Source: Ginglymostoma cirratum
Lineage: Eukaryota
NCBI GenBank assembly: GCA_024137785.1
Contig: JAHRHZ010000282.1
Coordinates: 496,001 to 547,137, forward strand
Direction: 5' to 3'
Length of the DNA: 51,137 nt
Below the pieces are notes generated by a model. It saw only the letters and a program-made list of their open reading frames with translations, did no database searches and was not told the DNA's origin. This document shows, piece by piece, positions 1 to 11,487 of this stretch. The position numbers and the translations under genes were made by a program. The first letter of the stretch is position 1. Each line of letters starts with the position of its first letter.

Positions 1-1494
1 TGGCGAATGTGAGAACAGGAAAGGAAAGCTGAGTGTGAGGCTGCCTTTGTTTTGCTACTCTAATATTCACATTGAGAAATAGCGATAAACATGACTATGG
101 CGACCTATAGCGGTGTCCCTGGGAAAATTACACTGTCAGGATAAAGTATGGACTAATGTAAATTATTATTATCCTCAGGGTAATTGAGAGAAGGTAATTT
201 ATGATTTGAGAGATTATGATAACTGACTTATACAATCACAAGTGATAAAATTACCTGCAATTCAGCTTATTCCTGATTTTATTTTCTCTGCCTTGAATTT
301 CTCTTTAACACTTGTGTTTGACACTCATGTTTTTTCAATGATTTTATGGTCATGTCTTCAGTAGCCTCTTTTTCTGTCCTTAGCAATTTCCTCTTTATTA
401 TTGTGTCTTGCTTGTTTGTCTTCTAAGCCTGAGTCTGTGTCTTCTCAGTCTATTAATTTAGGTCCATTCTGAATTGCCGTCTTCTTTTTTCCTTCTGATT
501 CTCTCTACCTTTCAGATATGATAACTGGGCCGTTTTAAATATCTGTGAATTTTTGTGGAGATGTTTTACCTGTTCATTACTTTCAAGCCTTAGTGCAAAG
601 AGATGGGTGATAATATCTGTCACTTGGCCGTCTCTGAATTGGTATAATTTCTTCATATACTCATTTACAGGTAATGATACAATAGTAATAGAATGGACGA
701 ATCAGAATTGAAATATGCAATGAACAATAAAAGGGTGATGCGACTTAAATATGATGATTTTGTTACCGAAAAGCCTTAAGTTTCAACCATCTTCCAGAAG
801 AATTATATTCAGATTAGAATTTGCCAACGACTTATTTTAATCAAGTGAAAACATTCACCCATTTCCCTCTCTTGGTAACCGTATTGAACTACATTTTCTG
901 AACATTTTATAGTTTTTCCAGCTCAAAATTGTTAAAATATTCAGATCAATGCGGCCTCTTTCATTGTTTCCATTTTGTGCTTTACTTATTGTTTCATTGT
1001 TTTCTGGAGGCATTTCATGGTGAGATTCTCCTCTGACATTTGCGTGTCATTTGTATCCAGTTTCATGTATTTTTCGCTTCTCTGTTGGCCTTAGAAACGT
1101 AATTCCTTTATTGTTAATTCTGGCTTGAAAAGATGTTAACATTCTGTCAGTGCTGTGAAATGGAAGTCCACAAATTCTTTCCGATTACCACCGCACACTG
1201 AGAAGAAATGGTACCAACTACTTCTACAGACTATTATGATTGCATCATTACATTTGGGCGAGGCAATAATTTGTGATGCAACAAATTCTCACAATATGAT
1301 TTGGTTCAGGCTGTCAACACCATCAGTTTTTAAATTTAATCGGCTTTGAATAGTTAAGGGTTTGGGTTAAATTAATTGGCCAAATTCAAACTCATTGTCA
1401 AAATATCGATAAAAAGCCTGAGGTATCTATCAACAGTCTCAATTGTTACATGTTTCAAAGTTAGAACTGTCAATATTATTGCCCATTTGCTCAC

Positions 1495-1820
1495 AGTTCG
1501 CTTCTCCGTTTAATTCTGAGCATAAAATACTTTACCTGTTAAAGGGACCAGCCTTTGCTTTGCAATTTACGATTATTCTACCCAGCTTTGCAACACTACT
1601 CATATCCGTTTACCACTGCTTTGTTCACACTGGCTCAGACATCATTCATGATCGATTAACCACAATGACCCTCTTTTTTTTATGGAGTTTCGTTTTGGTA
1701 TATTAACGCAGTTATTGGGCCCCGAGAGGAGCCCCTTCATGCCGTAAATTTAGCAGCTGACACTTTCACTTCTAAAGCAATGCAAGATGAGATTGTATCT
1801 TTCTGTGTGTTTTCACGGGA
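1495..1820 (+). pseudogene. Possible highly decayed Ig-superfamily V segment relic
   Basis: Manual translation gives QLCNTTHIRLPLLCSHWLRH (C-x13-W). After frameshifts it gives QLTLSLLKQ..DEIVSFCVF, about 58 codons after the W, then a heptamer-like CACGGGA (1814-1820). No correctly spaced nonamer. Confidence 0.3.
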
Positions 1821-2159
1821 GACTGTTCAGCTGTGAACTGTTCGTTTTTGCAAAAGTGGAAGATAATTGAAATTCTTACTCAACGACATTGAAACAGAAA
1901 AAAAATTACCGAGCTCCTATGGACGAGTTTCTGAGGAAAGCGGTATACCGATGGGTAGAAGCAGTGCACCCGGCTGGGCCGTTGCCTAGTTGTCACCTGA
2001 CCAGCAAACAGGCAATTCTCATTTCAAATCCTGGCAGTGCCTTTTCCTGAGTTTAAAGATACTTTTTTTAAACTTCCTTTGGATGCAATGTCGTTGATAC
2101 AATCCTGAATCAAATGACGTGTCACGAGTCAGCACATTTCAAAGGAAACATCAAGATTG

Positions 2160-3480
2160 ACCGTAATCATTTTCCATAAATTCTCGAACTCTGGAAAAGT
2201 ACGAGAGTATTGGCTAATGGTCAGGTGGACACATCCAATCAAAAGAGGCAAGGATGCAAAGCACGGGTAAGTTCAAGCCATTTAGGCTGATATTGATTGT
2301 TGGAAAAATACTGGAATAAATTATTAAAGAAGTCAAGCTCACGTTGGAGTTTAGTTTTCTAATCAAAAAAGGGACAACATGGCTGTCTGAAAGGGAAATC
2401 GTGTCTGACTAATTTCTAAGAGTTTTTTTTAAGAAGTCTCAAACAGAATAGATAGAGCAAAACCAGTAGATGTGTCTTTTGGAGTTTCCATAATATGTTC
2501 GACATTTACATCACAAAAGATTAAGCCATAAGATAAGAGCTCCGCTGTGTTGGAAGTATTGTATTGGCATGAATAGAGAATTGGCTGATGGCAGGAAACA
2601 GCAAGTGGGGAAAAGAAGTTCTTTGTATGTCTCGTAACCTGTTATCATTGGGGTTCCACAGGTATCAGTACTTGGACCATAAATGTTTACACTACATCCT
2701 GTGTTGGAGCAAGGAAGAGAATGCACTGTAGCCAAATTTGCTGATGGCAACAAAACAGGTGGAAAGGAAGTTGTGCAAAAAGGGACTCACGGTTTAACAG
2801 CGATATTGGTAGGATAATTAAGTGGGAAAACTGTTGGTAAATGGAAAATAACGTGGGGAAATGTGACATTGGTCATTTTTAAAAGAAGAGCAAAAGAACG
2901 CGTTATTATTTAATTGCATAAAAACTGCAGAAAGTTGCAACACAAAGAGACTCTGGGACACTTGTGCACGGAAAACAACAAGCTAGCTCACAGGTGAAGC
3001 AGGTAGTCAGGAAGGCTAATGCAATATTGGCCCTTAATTCCAGGTTGTTGAGGGTTCAGAGTAGGCAATGGCTACTGCTAATCTACGGAGTTCTTTCAGC
3101 GATCACTTCTGGAGAACTGTGAGTAGTTGTTCCTTTACTTAAAGAACATATAATTTTGTTTTATTCAGTCCAGAGAAGGTGTACTGGGGTGATTCCTGGT
3201 CTGGGGAGATTTTCGTAAGAACAAACATTAAACAGGCTTGGCGTCTACTCACTGGAGGTCAGAAAAATGAGAGGTGTTCATATTGAAACATAAATGATTC
3301 TTAAGGAACCTGAAAATGTAAGTGCTGTGAGGAGGTTTTCACTCATGGAAGACTCTAGGCATAGAAGACATAGTCTCAGAATCAAGTGGCACCAATGTAA
3401 GACAGAAGAAGAAGAATTCTGTCTCTTAGGGAGCTCTAAATCTTTGGAACTTTGTCACAGATAGCACTGTGGGCAAAGTT
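2160..3480 (+). mobile_element. CR1-type LINE, decayed ORF2 RT/3' portion
   Basis: Disrupted CR1 RT motifs: QHG..KGKSCLTNF (2375-2416), GVPQVSVLGP (2650-2679), AKFADG (2730-2747), and a C-terminal RLGVYSLE...RMRG-like segment. Confidence 0.85.
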
Positions 3481-4155
3481 CCATGAATATTACACGTAAA
3501 ACTATTTTGAAATTAGCCTGTGTCTTAAGGACAAGCTAAAAATTATGATAGTTACATTTAAAATAATTACATGAAAGGTGACCATCATGAGGATATGTAT
3601 TCTTTCAATGCGTGATGGTGTTGTGTGCACTTTATTCCATAATTGCCCTTGGACGAAGTGCCTTGAAAATTCACCAGCTGAAATTATATTCCATCAGGCT
3701 ACCGAGGTGCAGAGCCTTATTCTGAGACTCTGGATTACTTGTACAGTAATATTGCCATGACACCATCATCCGCCCTGGAAATCTACATTGCATCATCATG
3801 TTTTGCTGACCCTTCTTTCATTATTTATCTTTTTCGATATGAAAATGATCAAAGAAATTTTCCCAGATCTAAATTCAAAAGGAAATGAATTTCGTTTATA
3901 GTCCTTGATTTAAAATGTGACGGAGTGAATATGTGCATGTGTGAAGTAAAGATGGTGGATCGGCTGGACATTGTGTTGTCTGTTACTCTGCCCTGGCTGC
4001 ACTTTTAACCATTCCCGAAACCCGGACGGTATAAATGGCGCTAAAATTCAGAAATGTTATTTGCCCTGTTTAAACTTCCATCCGGATCAAACACCCAGTA
4101 GCTATTACAAAACATGTAGAATATTGAACCATGATAATTAATGTTTCCTGTTTAG

Positions 4156-4448
4156 AGTGCAGGTCACAGACTGGAGACACTGCTGTCACTCTTGCCACTC
4201 CATCAGCTCGAGAGCAACTGACAATCATAGCATATATCGTCAAATTCAGTCTGTGGTATCTCCACCCATAGCTTCTATTTCTTGCTCTATACCTCTCTTC
4301 CTGTCCTTCTTTCTGGCCCATTGTGTTCTTGGAAAGATTGCTGCTACCAATACAATTTTATCATTGTTTGGATCAGCAACGTCGTGGGTTGTGGAACTGA
4401 TTTTATGCTCTGACAGTGAATTTCTTGCTCTGCAGAATTACAAAGTCA
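4156..4448 (+). pseudogene. Decayed TCR-like V relic with degenerate RSS
   Basis: Acceptor tttcctgtttag ends at 4155. Translation gives GDTAV.. then CHSISSRATDNHSIYRQ, and ends ..ISNVV..GT.F.YAL. Followed by GACAGTG (4412-4418), 21 nt, ACAAAGTCA. Confidence 0.4.
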
Positions 4449-4457
4449 GAAATCAAC

Positions 4458-4974
4458 ATGGGGAAATGTCTCTCACAGTATCTCATCATTGTATCCATTC
4501 TCAGTAATTATCTCCTCAGAAAATAAATAAGTGTTACAATACAAATGTTATTGCTGTTTGATATGATAGGGACGATCATTTTGATCAATATAGGGCTGAC
4601 GTTCATTGAAATTTCTTTTTACCTTACACACGTCAGAATGGAACCAGATACATTAGGACAGCCGTTTGCTGAAATGACGTTTGAAGAGGGAAGGATATCA
4701 TGCTAAACTGCAAGTTGAAGACAATCAGGTCTAACCTTTATGCACACTGGTACGCTAAATATCTTGGCAACCGCCACCATACATGTTTTGGCTTATTAGG
4801 AGTGGTGTGGGCAAGAATAATTGCATCAGTGGTCCATTTTCTTCTGTGATTGATGAAACTATCAATATCACCAAACTAATAATCATCAATATTCTCATTT
4901 CTGACAGCACTGTGTATTTCTATGCTATGGAGCCCAGTTTGCTGCAAAGATATTGCGGATCCTGTGCAAAAACT
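4458..4974 (+). pseudogene. TCR alpha/delta-type V pseudogene (leader + V exon + degenerate RSS)
   Basis: Putative leader 4458-4503 (MGKCLSQYLIIVSIL, phase-1 GT). V exon from ~4637: DTLGQP..EG/DIMLNCKLKTIRSNLYAHWYAKY/..FSSVIDETINITKLIIINILISDSTVYFYAMEP, with frameshifts and Cys104 changed to Tyr. Nonamer GCAAAAACT at 4966-4974; heptamer decayed. Confidence 0.8.
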
Positions 4975-5299
4975 CACCCTGAGAATTCCAGTTAATGTCC
5001 ATAAAAGGACGCTGTCAAGCCCAAAATCAAAAACAGCTGGGAGATGATCACAATACTTGTTAACGATGATGAAACGCAAAACGTTGAACGGGAACAGACG
5101 ACGTTCACTTGCTGGGTTAGTTTATGTCAACGCACACTATTTATTCTATCAGCTAGCTTGATAAATTGTTCTCTGGTACCTGCTAGTTTCTGGTTTCTAA
5201 ATCTAACTAATTGAGCATTGTCAATAGCATCCCCACTCTTCAACTGTATTTGTAACAATTTACTTCGCAGAGAATTGATATCACTTCACAGTAAGCATT

Positions 5300-5800
5300 T
5301 TCATCTCAACGAAAATCTGTTCTCTTCTGACAGGTGTAGCCGAGATATTTTTGCCCTGCGTTGTCTTCAGCTTCTGGAATGTTGTTGAAATTGGAGAGTA
5401 TTCCATCACACTCATGACTAGGGTCTTGCGGATGATAGACAGTCTTTGGCAGTTAAGCAGTGAGTTACTCGCAATGTGATTCTGACCCCCTGAATTACTC
5501 TTGTAGACATGGCATTTATAAGGCTGATCCAATGCCTGTGAATAGAAGCCCTCGGAAATTTGCTTTTGTGGTTCTAACGATGGCGATGTGATTGACAGTC
5601 TGGGACAATGGTTATGTTCACCTTTTTGAAGCTGGTCACTATCTGGAACTGGTGTGACACGAATGTTACTTTAAAATCTTCAGGCCACGTGTGGAAGCTG
5701 TCTTAGTATTTCTGCATATGAGAACGAACTGGTTCAATACCTGAAGATCACAATATAAATATTGTGTAAGTGTCAGAAAATATGTCGACTTCTGACGATC
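5300..5800 (-). mobile_element. LINE fragment, apparently the same family as 44100-45370
   Basis: Reverse complement resembles the endonuclease-side part of the common shark LINE. No ORF. Confidence 0.45.
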
Positions 5801-6109
5801 CAGGCCAAGGTAGTACAGTAGGCAACAATAAGTGCCACTCTGAACTGTCGCAGGCTCACAGTTATTAACTGTGGTCATTTCAGGCGGTGGTCCTGCATCA
5901 CTGCGGCCTGTGTGTGTGTTCGTGTACTTGGTCAGGGAGCAGGTCCATAACTTCTATCTCTGGGCCTGCCGTCTGATCTCATGATGGACAGAATATCATT
6001 GATGAAGTAAATGAAAACGGCGGGTTCTTGGCACTAGTCCAAGGAACTCCTGAAGAATCGGCCCGGGCTGAGATGACTGACCTCCAAAAACCACACAATG
6101 TCCTCTGTG

Positions 6110-6305
6110 ATAACACGTTGTGGAGCTGGATGAACACAGCAGGCCAAGCAGCATCAGAGGAGCAGGAAAGATAACGTTTCGGGTCGTGGCACTTCTTCAG
6201 AAAATGCTCCTCTGATGCTGCTTGGCCTGCTGTGTTCATCCAGCTCCACAACGTGCTATCTCAGATTCTCCAGCATCGGCAGTTCCTACTACCTCTGCAA
6301 CGATT
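6110..6305. mobile_element. Penelope-derived palindromic mini-element with minimal hammerhead ribozyme
   Basis: Inverted arms (gataacacgttgtggagctggatgaacacagcaggccaagcagcatcagaggagca and its near-complement). HHR core CTGAAGA..CCCGAAACGTT on minus (~6172-6200). 9-bp direct repeat tcctctgtg at 6101-6109 and 6306-6314. Shares sequence with the Penelope ends at 30911 and 34200. Confidence 0.8.
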
Positions 6306-6559
6306 TCCTCTGTGTTTAGTATGACTAATCAGCCAACGGTGTTCCCTGCAATCTTCACTGAGTCGATGCAAGAAGTGAAACGTTGCTAACAAAAATACTT
6401 ATTGTAATGCCAGCTGACAGCTGGGTCACAGGTAAACTGACCGTTCTGTAAATTGTCATCACAGACAATATGCTGCAACATAATGCAATCTTTTGTATAT
6501 TGGCTCCAACATGTCTTCACGAGTATTTCTGAATGATTTTGCTCGATTATTATTCTACC

Positions 6560-6880
6560 TCTTAATTTTGGTTGCTATTAATTCGATTCTGCGATGATTA
6601 GTTTGAGTTCTACCGATTATCCACATTATTAACAAAATACATGCTCATTGACACAAATCAGATTGACTTCACAGTAGTAATTCCACCCTTGATGCTTATA
6701 TCTGAATTTTACAACGCAATTTCTGACAGCTGGATTGTGTTAACAGTGAAAGTAGAAGACCCTTCCCAGCTATCCAAGGATACTTTAAACCTTCCGTTAA
6801 TTCTTCCATCCCTGAATGTGAAGACTTGGGAACTTCACTATATCAGAGTGCAAAGTTGTTAGAAGCAAAATTAAGCTTGT
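6560..6880 (+). pseudogene. Decayed V relic
   Basis: TCSLTQIRLTSQ** (TAG TAA at the WY position), then ..VEDPSQLSKDTLNLPLILPSLN/EDLGT. Heptamer-like CAAAGTT at ~6851; no nonamer. Confidence 0.4.
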
Positions 6881-7054
6881 GTTGAAGGGAAACTGACTGC
6901 GCGATTATTCCCTGATAAGATTATATCAGTACTCTCTCTGAATAACAAGAATTAGCCGCAAAATCAAACAAAATTAAACAAGATTCACATAATGATTTAT
7001 ACAAAGTGAATTCAGCAAAATGTCTGTGTATACAGGCGGAATACATCCCCGTAT

Positions 7055-7115
7055 CTCTCTCTCTATCTATCGATCTGTCTGTATATCTTTATCTATCTAT
7101 CTATCTATCTATCTA
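7055..7115. repeat. (TATC)n/(TC)n microsatellite
   Basis: Direct reading. Confidence 0.9.
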
Positions 7116-7360
7116 GTCATTTGGAAGGCAAATTCTTTTTCTGGTGGTCTTTTCACTTTATACAAAGCAAAATACAACTGACAACATTTGTTTGAAGATT
7201 TTTGCTGTAAATTATCAGTGGAAAAAGTTATTAACATTTTGTTGGTTAATCCAGAGGCAAGTTTAAATCTCAGAGAATAACTTATCTTAGTATCACCGTT
7301 ATCTGTAAAATTTATCTTATAGAAAAGGTTTAATGCAACAGCAGAAGCATTGTACAGCAA

Positions 7361-7703
7361 AAATATTGTACAGACGGATCTGCAATTTATCACACCATGC
7401 CTGCCTTCGCACAATGATGCAATTCGGTGTCCTCGACCACAGTGTCGCCTATAGAAATAGAAAAGTTTATCATAGATATGATGTTGAACTTCTTTATTCG
7501 GTCAAAAGACACGTGTAGCGGCCTGTAGTCTGAATACCCTCGCATATGGAGCCAATAAACGGTGGAACCACTGACCGTATTTTTATTTTACGAGGCTATT
7601 ATTTCCCCAGTACCAATGAACAGCCGACAATGAAGTTCAACATATTTTCTTTCCAGCGACAGCGTCTGATCAGTCTGTGAGCTCTAATCCTCACAGAAAG
7701 CCG
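7361..7703 (-). pseudogene. V pseudogene with correctly spaced 23-RSS
   Basis: Acceptor tctcttttgtcacag; exon 7703-7400. Translation AFCED*..KYVELHCR..(AVHWY in another frame)..NFSISIGDTVVEDTELHHCAKA. RSS CATGGTG (7399-7393), exactly 23 nt, ACAATATTT (7369-7361). Confidence 0.75.
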
Positions 7704-8107
7704 CTGTGACAAAAGAGACAACATTCAAACACCAGGAGCTATTGAGGAATGGTAAAGCAAGGTGGCTTGTTGAAAAAAAAACTCACACAATATCAAGAAC
7801 ATTAGAACTGCAAATGGGAATAAGTAATTGTTGGACTCTCTGTTCATGACAATGAAGATGGACAGGTCACAAACCAGTCAACCTGTTGCTTCTAAGCCAG
7901 GTCTCGGTATCGACGCCAGGACTCTCAGTGATGGCGATGGAGGAGCAAAGTGAAGAGCTTTACATGCTCCTAATACAACAAGAGACTGGGTGGTATTCTG
8001 AAAAATCGGATTTCTTTGGGATTTTATCATGAGATTTCATTAAATATCACACTCAGGGACTGGATGTCTCAAATCATGTCCTGCTGATACCATAGGAGAA
8101 AGGTTTT

Positions 8108-8450
8108 GGTTTTTCTGTCTATGTCTATCCTTCTCTGAATCTCTCTCCCTCTCTCTGTCTCTCTCTCTCTCTCCCCCTTTTCTCTCATTGTGCAGCAGCG
8201 GATGAAATACTTCATAAGATTTGGTCTTGCTTATATTTCCAACTGAAATACTTATTGCCATTTTAGAATTATTAAATCTGACACAATTACTTGTTTTTGT
8301 TTCTCTCAATCGCTGCCTCAGAATTCAGGAATCCTTTCGCTGATTTAGCTTTTACTACAAGTTTGCTTAAGATCCGCATTCAATGCTTGATAAGGTTAAT
8401 TTTCGGGTGCTGTCGCTATGGTATTTGATCAATATTGTTATTGGGGTTAA
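8108..8450 (-). pseudogene. Decayed V relic whose RSS spacer is occupied by a (GA)n microsatellite
   Basis: KLTLSSIECGS*ANL**KLNQRKDS*IL...VRFNNSKMAISISVGNISK. Heptamer CACAATG (8192-8186), 69-nt GA-rich spacer, nonamer-like AGAAAAACC (8116-8108). Confidence 0.45.
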
Positions 8451-8520
8451 TCAAACTGGGACAACTTTTATGAATTAACTTTCAACCCCATGTCAAATTG
8501 AAAACACTGCATGGCTACCT

Positions 8521-8536
8521 TGCTGCCTGCTGGTGG
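8521..8536 (-). promoter_or_regulatory. CTCF-like motif
   Basis: CCACCAGCAGGCAGCA, between divergently oriented V relics. Confidence 0.4.
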
Positions 8537-8784
8537 AATCTGGATTGTGTATGTTCAATTTGTCATACTTCGTGTTCATTTCCACAATTATTTAACCAGT
8601 TTTCATTGCCATGCTTTTTATTATAGATTGGATGTCTATTTCAAAAAGAGATCGTGTCATCAGAGAGACAGAAACCAAGGCAAAGAGACACAGGCAAAGC
8701 GATGTTAGAAGACAAATAGTCAGAGGAAGTTAATGTCAGCAGTTTTCATTAAATAAAAAACGGAAAGAATTGCAGTTGCTCTAA

Positions 8785-8970
8785 ATCAGGAACCAAAACA
8801 GAAGTGCTGGAAAAGCTTAGCAGGTTGTGCAGGTTCTGTGGAGACAATAATCAGAGTCAACGTTTCGGGTTAACTCAGAAGGGCCTCAAGACCAGAAACG
8901 TTAACTCTTATATTTTCTTCACAGGTGCCATCAGACCTCCTGAGCTTTTCCAGAAACTTCTGTCTTTGTA
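8785..8970. mobile_element. Penelope-derived palindromic mini-element (decayed HHR)
   Basis: Inverted arms acagaagtgctggaaaagctta.. / ..tgagcttttccagaaacttctgt, with aacgtttc / gaaacgtt HHR remnants. Confidence 0.65.
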
Positions 8971-9143
8971 GCACTCAATAATTGTCATTTAGCTGCCATC
9001 AATGCCGACAGAGATCATCCAATTGTAGGCAAGGGGAACACCCAATGTTCTTAGCAAGCGAAGTCTGAACTTGATCTGGGTTACACTTAATATCGGGCGA
9101 GGAGGATCAACATTCTCCTGTTCAACTCTAAACCCAGCGCCAT

Positions 9144-9619
9144 TTGCTTCCTACGGCCCTCACCGATGATACGTGTCTTGTTGCCTTGTATTGTGAGTTT
9201 GTTTTTAAAAAGTTTTTGCACGTTCCAGGTGTTGAATTTATTGCTCATCATTTGAGACATTTCGTACCTGGATTACAGGACGAATTGTAAAGCTTTTAAT
9301 TCACAAGATGAATTTAAATTACCAATTCAGAGAGAGAGATGGCATAAATCTGGATTCCGTCATTCGACAATGTCCTCGACAACACACTCTTTCTGTACAC
9401 CCGGTATCACTGGGAATCTCCAAGATATTTATTGTAGATGCATAGCAAGGGGAATGAACAGAAGTCTTCAGTTTTAGAAGGAAGGTGCTCTGATAATTTA
9501 TCCAAATTTTTAAAGAAGGTACTTTCAATAGCGCCGGAGTTCTGCCCTACAGTGCCGTACATCTCTGTGCTGTGCAGCCCAAAACTCTGCAGAGATGCAG
9601 AGAAGCCTGTAGAAAAGCT
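9144..9619 (+). pseudogene. TCR alpha/delta-type V pseudogene
   Basis: Leader 9144-9192 (TTG in place of ATG, phase-1 gtgagt). Acceptor gattacag ends at 9278. ERDGINLD../TLFLYTRYHWESPRYLL*MHSKGNEQKSSVLEGRCS../YSAVHLCAVQP. Decayed RSS ending cctgt AGAAAAGCT (9611-9619). Confidence 0.75.
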
Positions 9620-9643
9620 CACGCTGATATTGCCAGTCTGTAT

Positions 9644-9658
9644 CCACCAGAGGGCGTT
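9644..9658 (+). promoter_or_regulatory. CTCF-like motif just downstream of a V RSS
   Basis: CCACCAGAGGGCGTT, about 25 bp 3' of the nonamer. Confidence 0.55.
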
Positions 9659-9794
9659 CTAACACCGATAAACAAAAAGAAGAATTATTCAGAGATAAAA
9701 GTAGAAAGTTCTGTAGAGACTGGAAAGATCTGGCACCGTGTGTGTAGAGAGAAACACAAAGTTAAAGTGTCAAGTCTTCTGACACGTTCTTGAA

Positions 9795-10205
9795 ACCATG
9801 GAAGTATGAAAGAATTCAGCCAGTGCCCCCACAATTTCTGTACTCATTTCTGTCAAAGTCCTTGGATATATCTTTTCCGATTCCAGTGCCTTGTTAAATT
9901 CAAGTGTCAACAGTCTATCCAGTTCTTCGTCCTTCTTAATTTTGAACTCTTCTGGTGAAAACATTTCCTCCTCTGTCACCATAGCCGATACAGAAACCAC
10001 CTCTTTTTGTAAAGATAGATGCAAAGTACTCTTTTTACATCTGTGCCATGCCCTCTGCGTACTTGTGAAAATCTCCCCTTTTTGTGCGTGTTTGGCTCTA
10101 ACCCTCATTTATAAAGTCATAGAGTTGTCTGGCATGGAAATAGACCCATTGATTGAAATTGTCCAGGTCAACCAAACATTCCAATCTGACTTAATCCCAT
10201 AAAAC
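9795..10205 (-). mobile_element. CR1 LINE ORF2 fragment plus a LINE/SINE 3' tail
   Basis: ORF 9770-10108: ..LDRLLTLEFNKALESEKIYPRTLTEMSTEIVGALAEFF, matching the CR1 RT N-terminal KALGPD.HPR.L.E...I...L motif. Confidence 0.75.
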
Positions 10206-10879
10206 ATCCCTTTTCTGTTTATATGCCAAGAGAAGAAAAAATGAGATTTCCTTCGTTGAAGTTCTTCGTCTCTTCTCTAATTCATGTGAGTTTGTCTGCA
10301 TGAATATAGGTATGCTTGTGTTTGAAACTCTGCACGTGATGGCAGATACTCAGATTGGAGATTGAATGAATTAAATAGACAAAAATCTGTCCATTGCTGT
10401 TGCTTGCTGTTGTAAATAAAATAACATAATGCTGCAATCTGCTGACGATTCGATTCTATTGCATAACAATATTTGAGAGGGTTATTTTTAGGGATTCTCT
10501 TAGCTTGTTTTTCTATGTGGCTACATTTTGATCTTCATGGGTTCTTTTCCATGCTCACTGACTCCTTCGTTTTGTGATGCCACCAGCAAGTAACAATATC
10601 AAGGAGAAGTAATTTGTTAGGTTGTAACATTTTTTTCACCCACAGGCTGCTATCTCCCGTCTATAGTGAGAAGCACGGTACTCGGAATTGGAGAAATAAT
10701 GGAGGTACGGACACACCTGTCATATCTTCAAGTGAGCCTTCGCATGCTTCCATGGACGACAGAGGAGTCAATCCAATCTATGAATGCAGAGAGAACTCCA
10801 ATTTGAGAAAGTACATTCGGGATGGGCAACAAGTGCTGGATATACCAATAATGCACAATTCCCATAAAATATGACGGAG

Positions 10880-11165
10880 GTTATGGCCTACTAGTATTAT
10901 CGCTGGACTATTAAGTCAGAGACCCAAAAATGTTCAGGGACCCAGATCCGAATACTGCCATGGTAGATGGTGGACTTTAAATTCAATGAGACACAATCTG
11001 GAGTTAAAAGGTATAGTGAAGACCATGAAACATTTGTTCATTGTCGGTTTTTAAAAAATCTGTTTCACTAGCTGCCATTCTTACTTGGCCCAGAATACAC
11101 GTGAATCTAGACCCAGAACAATGTGGCTGTTTCTAAATGCCCTCTAGGATGGCAATAAATAATAA
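10880..11165 (+). mobile_element. tRNA-derived shark SINE
   Basis: tRNA-like head (tagtattatcgctggac..gggacccagatccgaatac) and tail (gccctctaggatggcaataaat). Same family as 49432-49750. Confidence 0.75.
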
Positions 11166-11487
11166 TAAAACAAAATAATTGTGTCTGCAAGAATCATTAC
11201 TGATACCTGAAAATCAACTTTGGGCCGTTGGTGATTTGAGAAACGCATAGACCTGTAACAGCATGGGAGAGGAAATGGGAATGTATTCTGGACAGTTTCC
11301 AATCAGAATTGTACAATGATTCAAAAGTGCGATGTCCTCGGTATTCTTAAAGCCATCTACTTGGTAAGGATCTAAGAGTGCATGCGATTTGGAAAGGCAT
11401 ACCTCGCAATATTAAGTGAGTTTACGAAAAATAGACATTAGTTGCAATTTATCGTTGACTTATGTTAGGCTTTGTTATTTTCAAGAT

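Noticed and set aside
3560-3760. ALKIHQLKL...C, V E/F-strand-like
   Set aside because: No upstream anchors or RSS; compatible with chance.
7438-7476. Perfect CACAGTG on the plus strand
   Set aside because: No nonamer at 12 or 23 nt; it lies inside the minus-strand V exon.
10241-10712. Leader-like MRFPSLKFFVSSLIH|gtgagt, VTISRRSN and heptamer CACGGTA (10674-10680)
   Set aside because: Possible V relic, but wrong intron phase, no C/W anchors and no nonamer; too weak to call.
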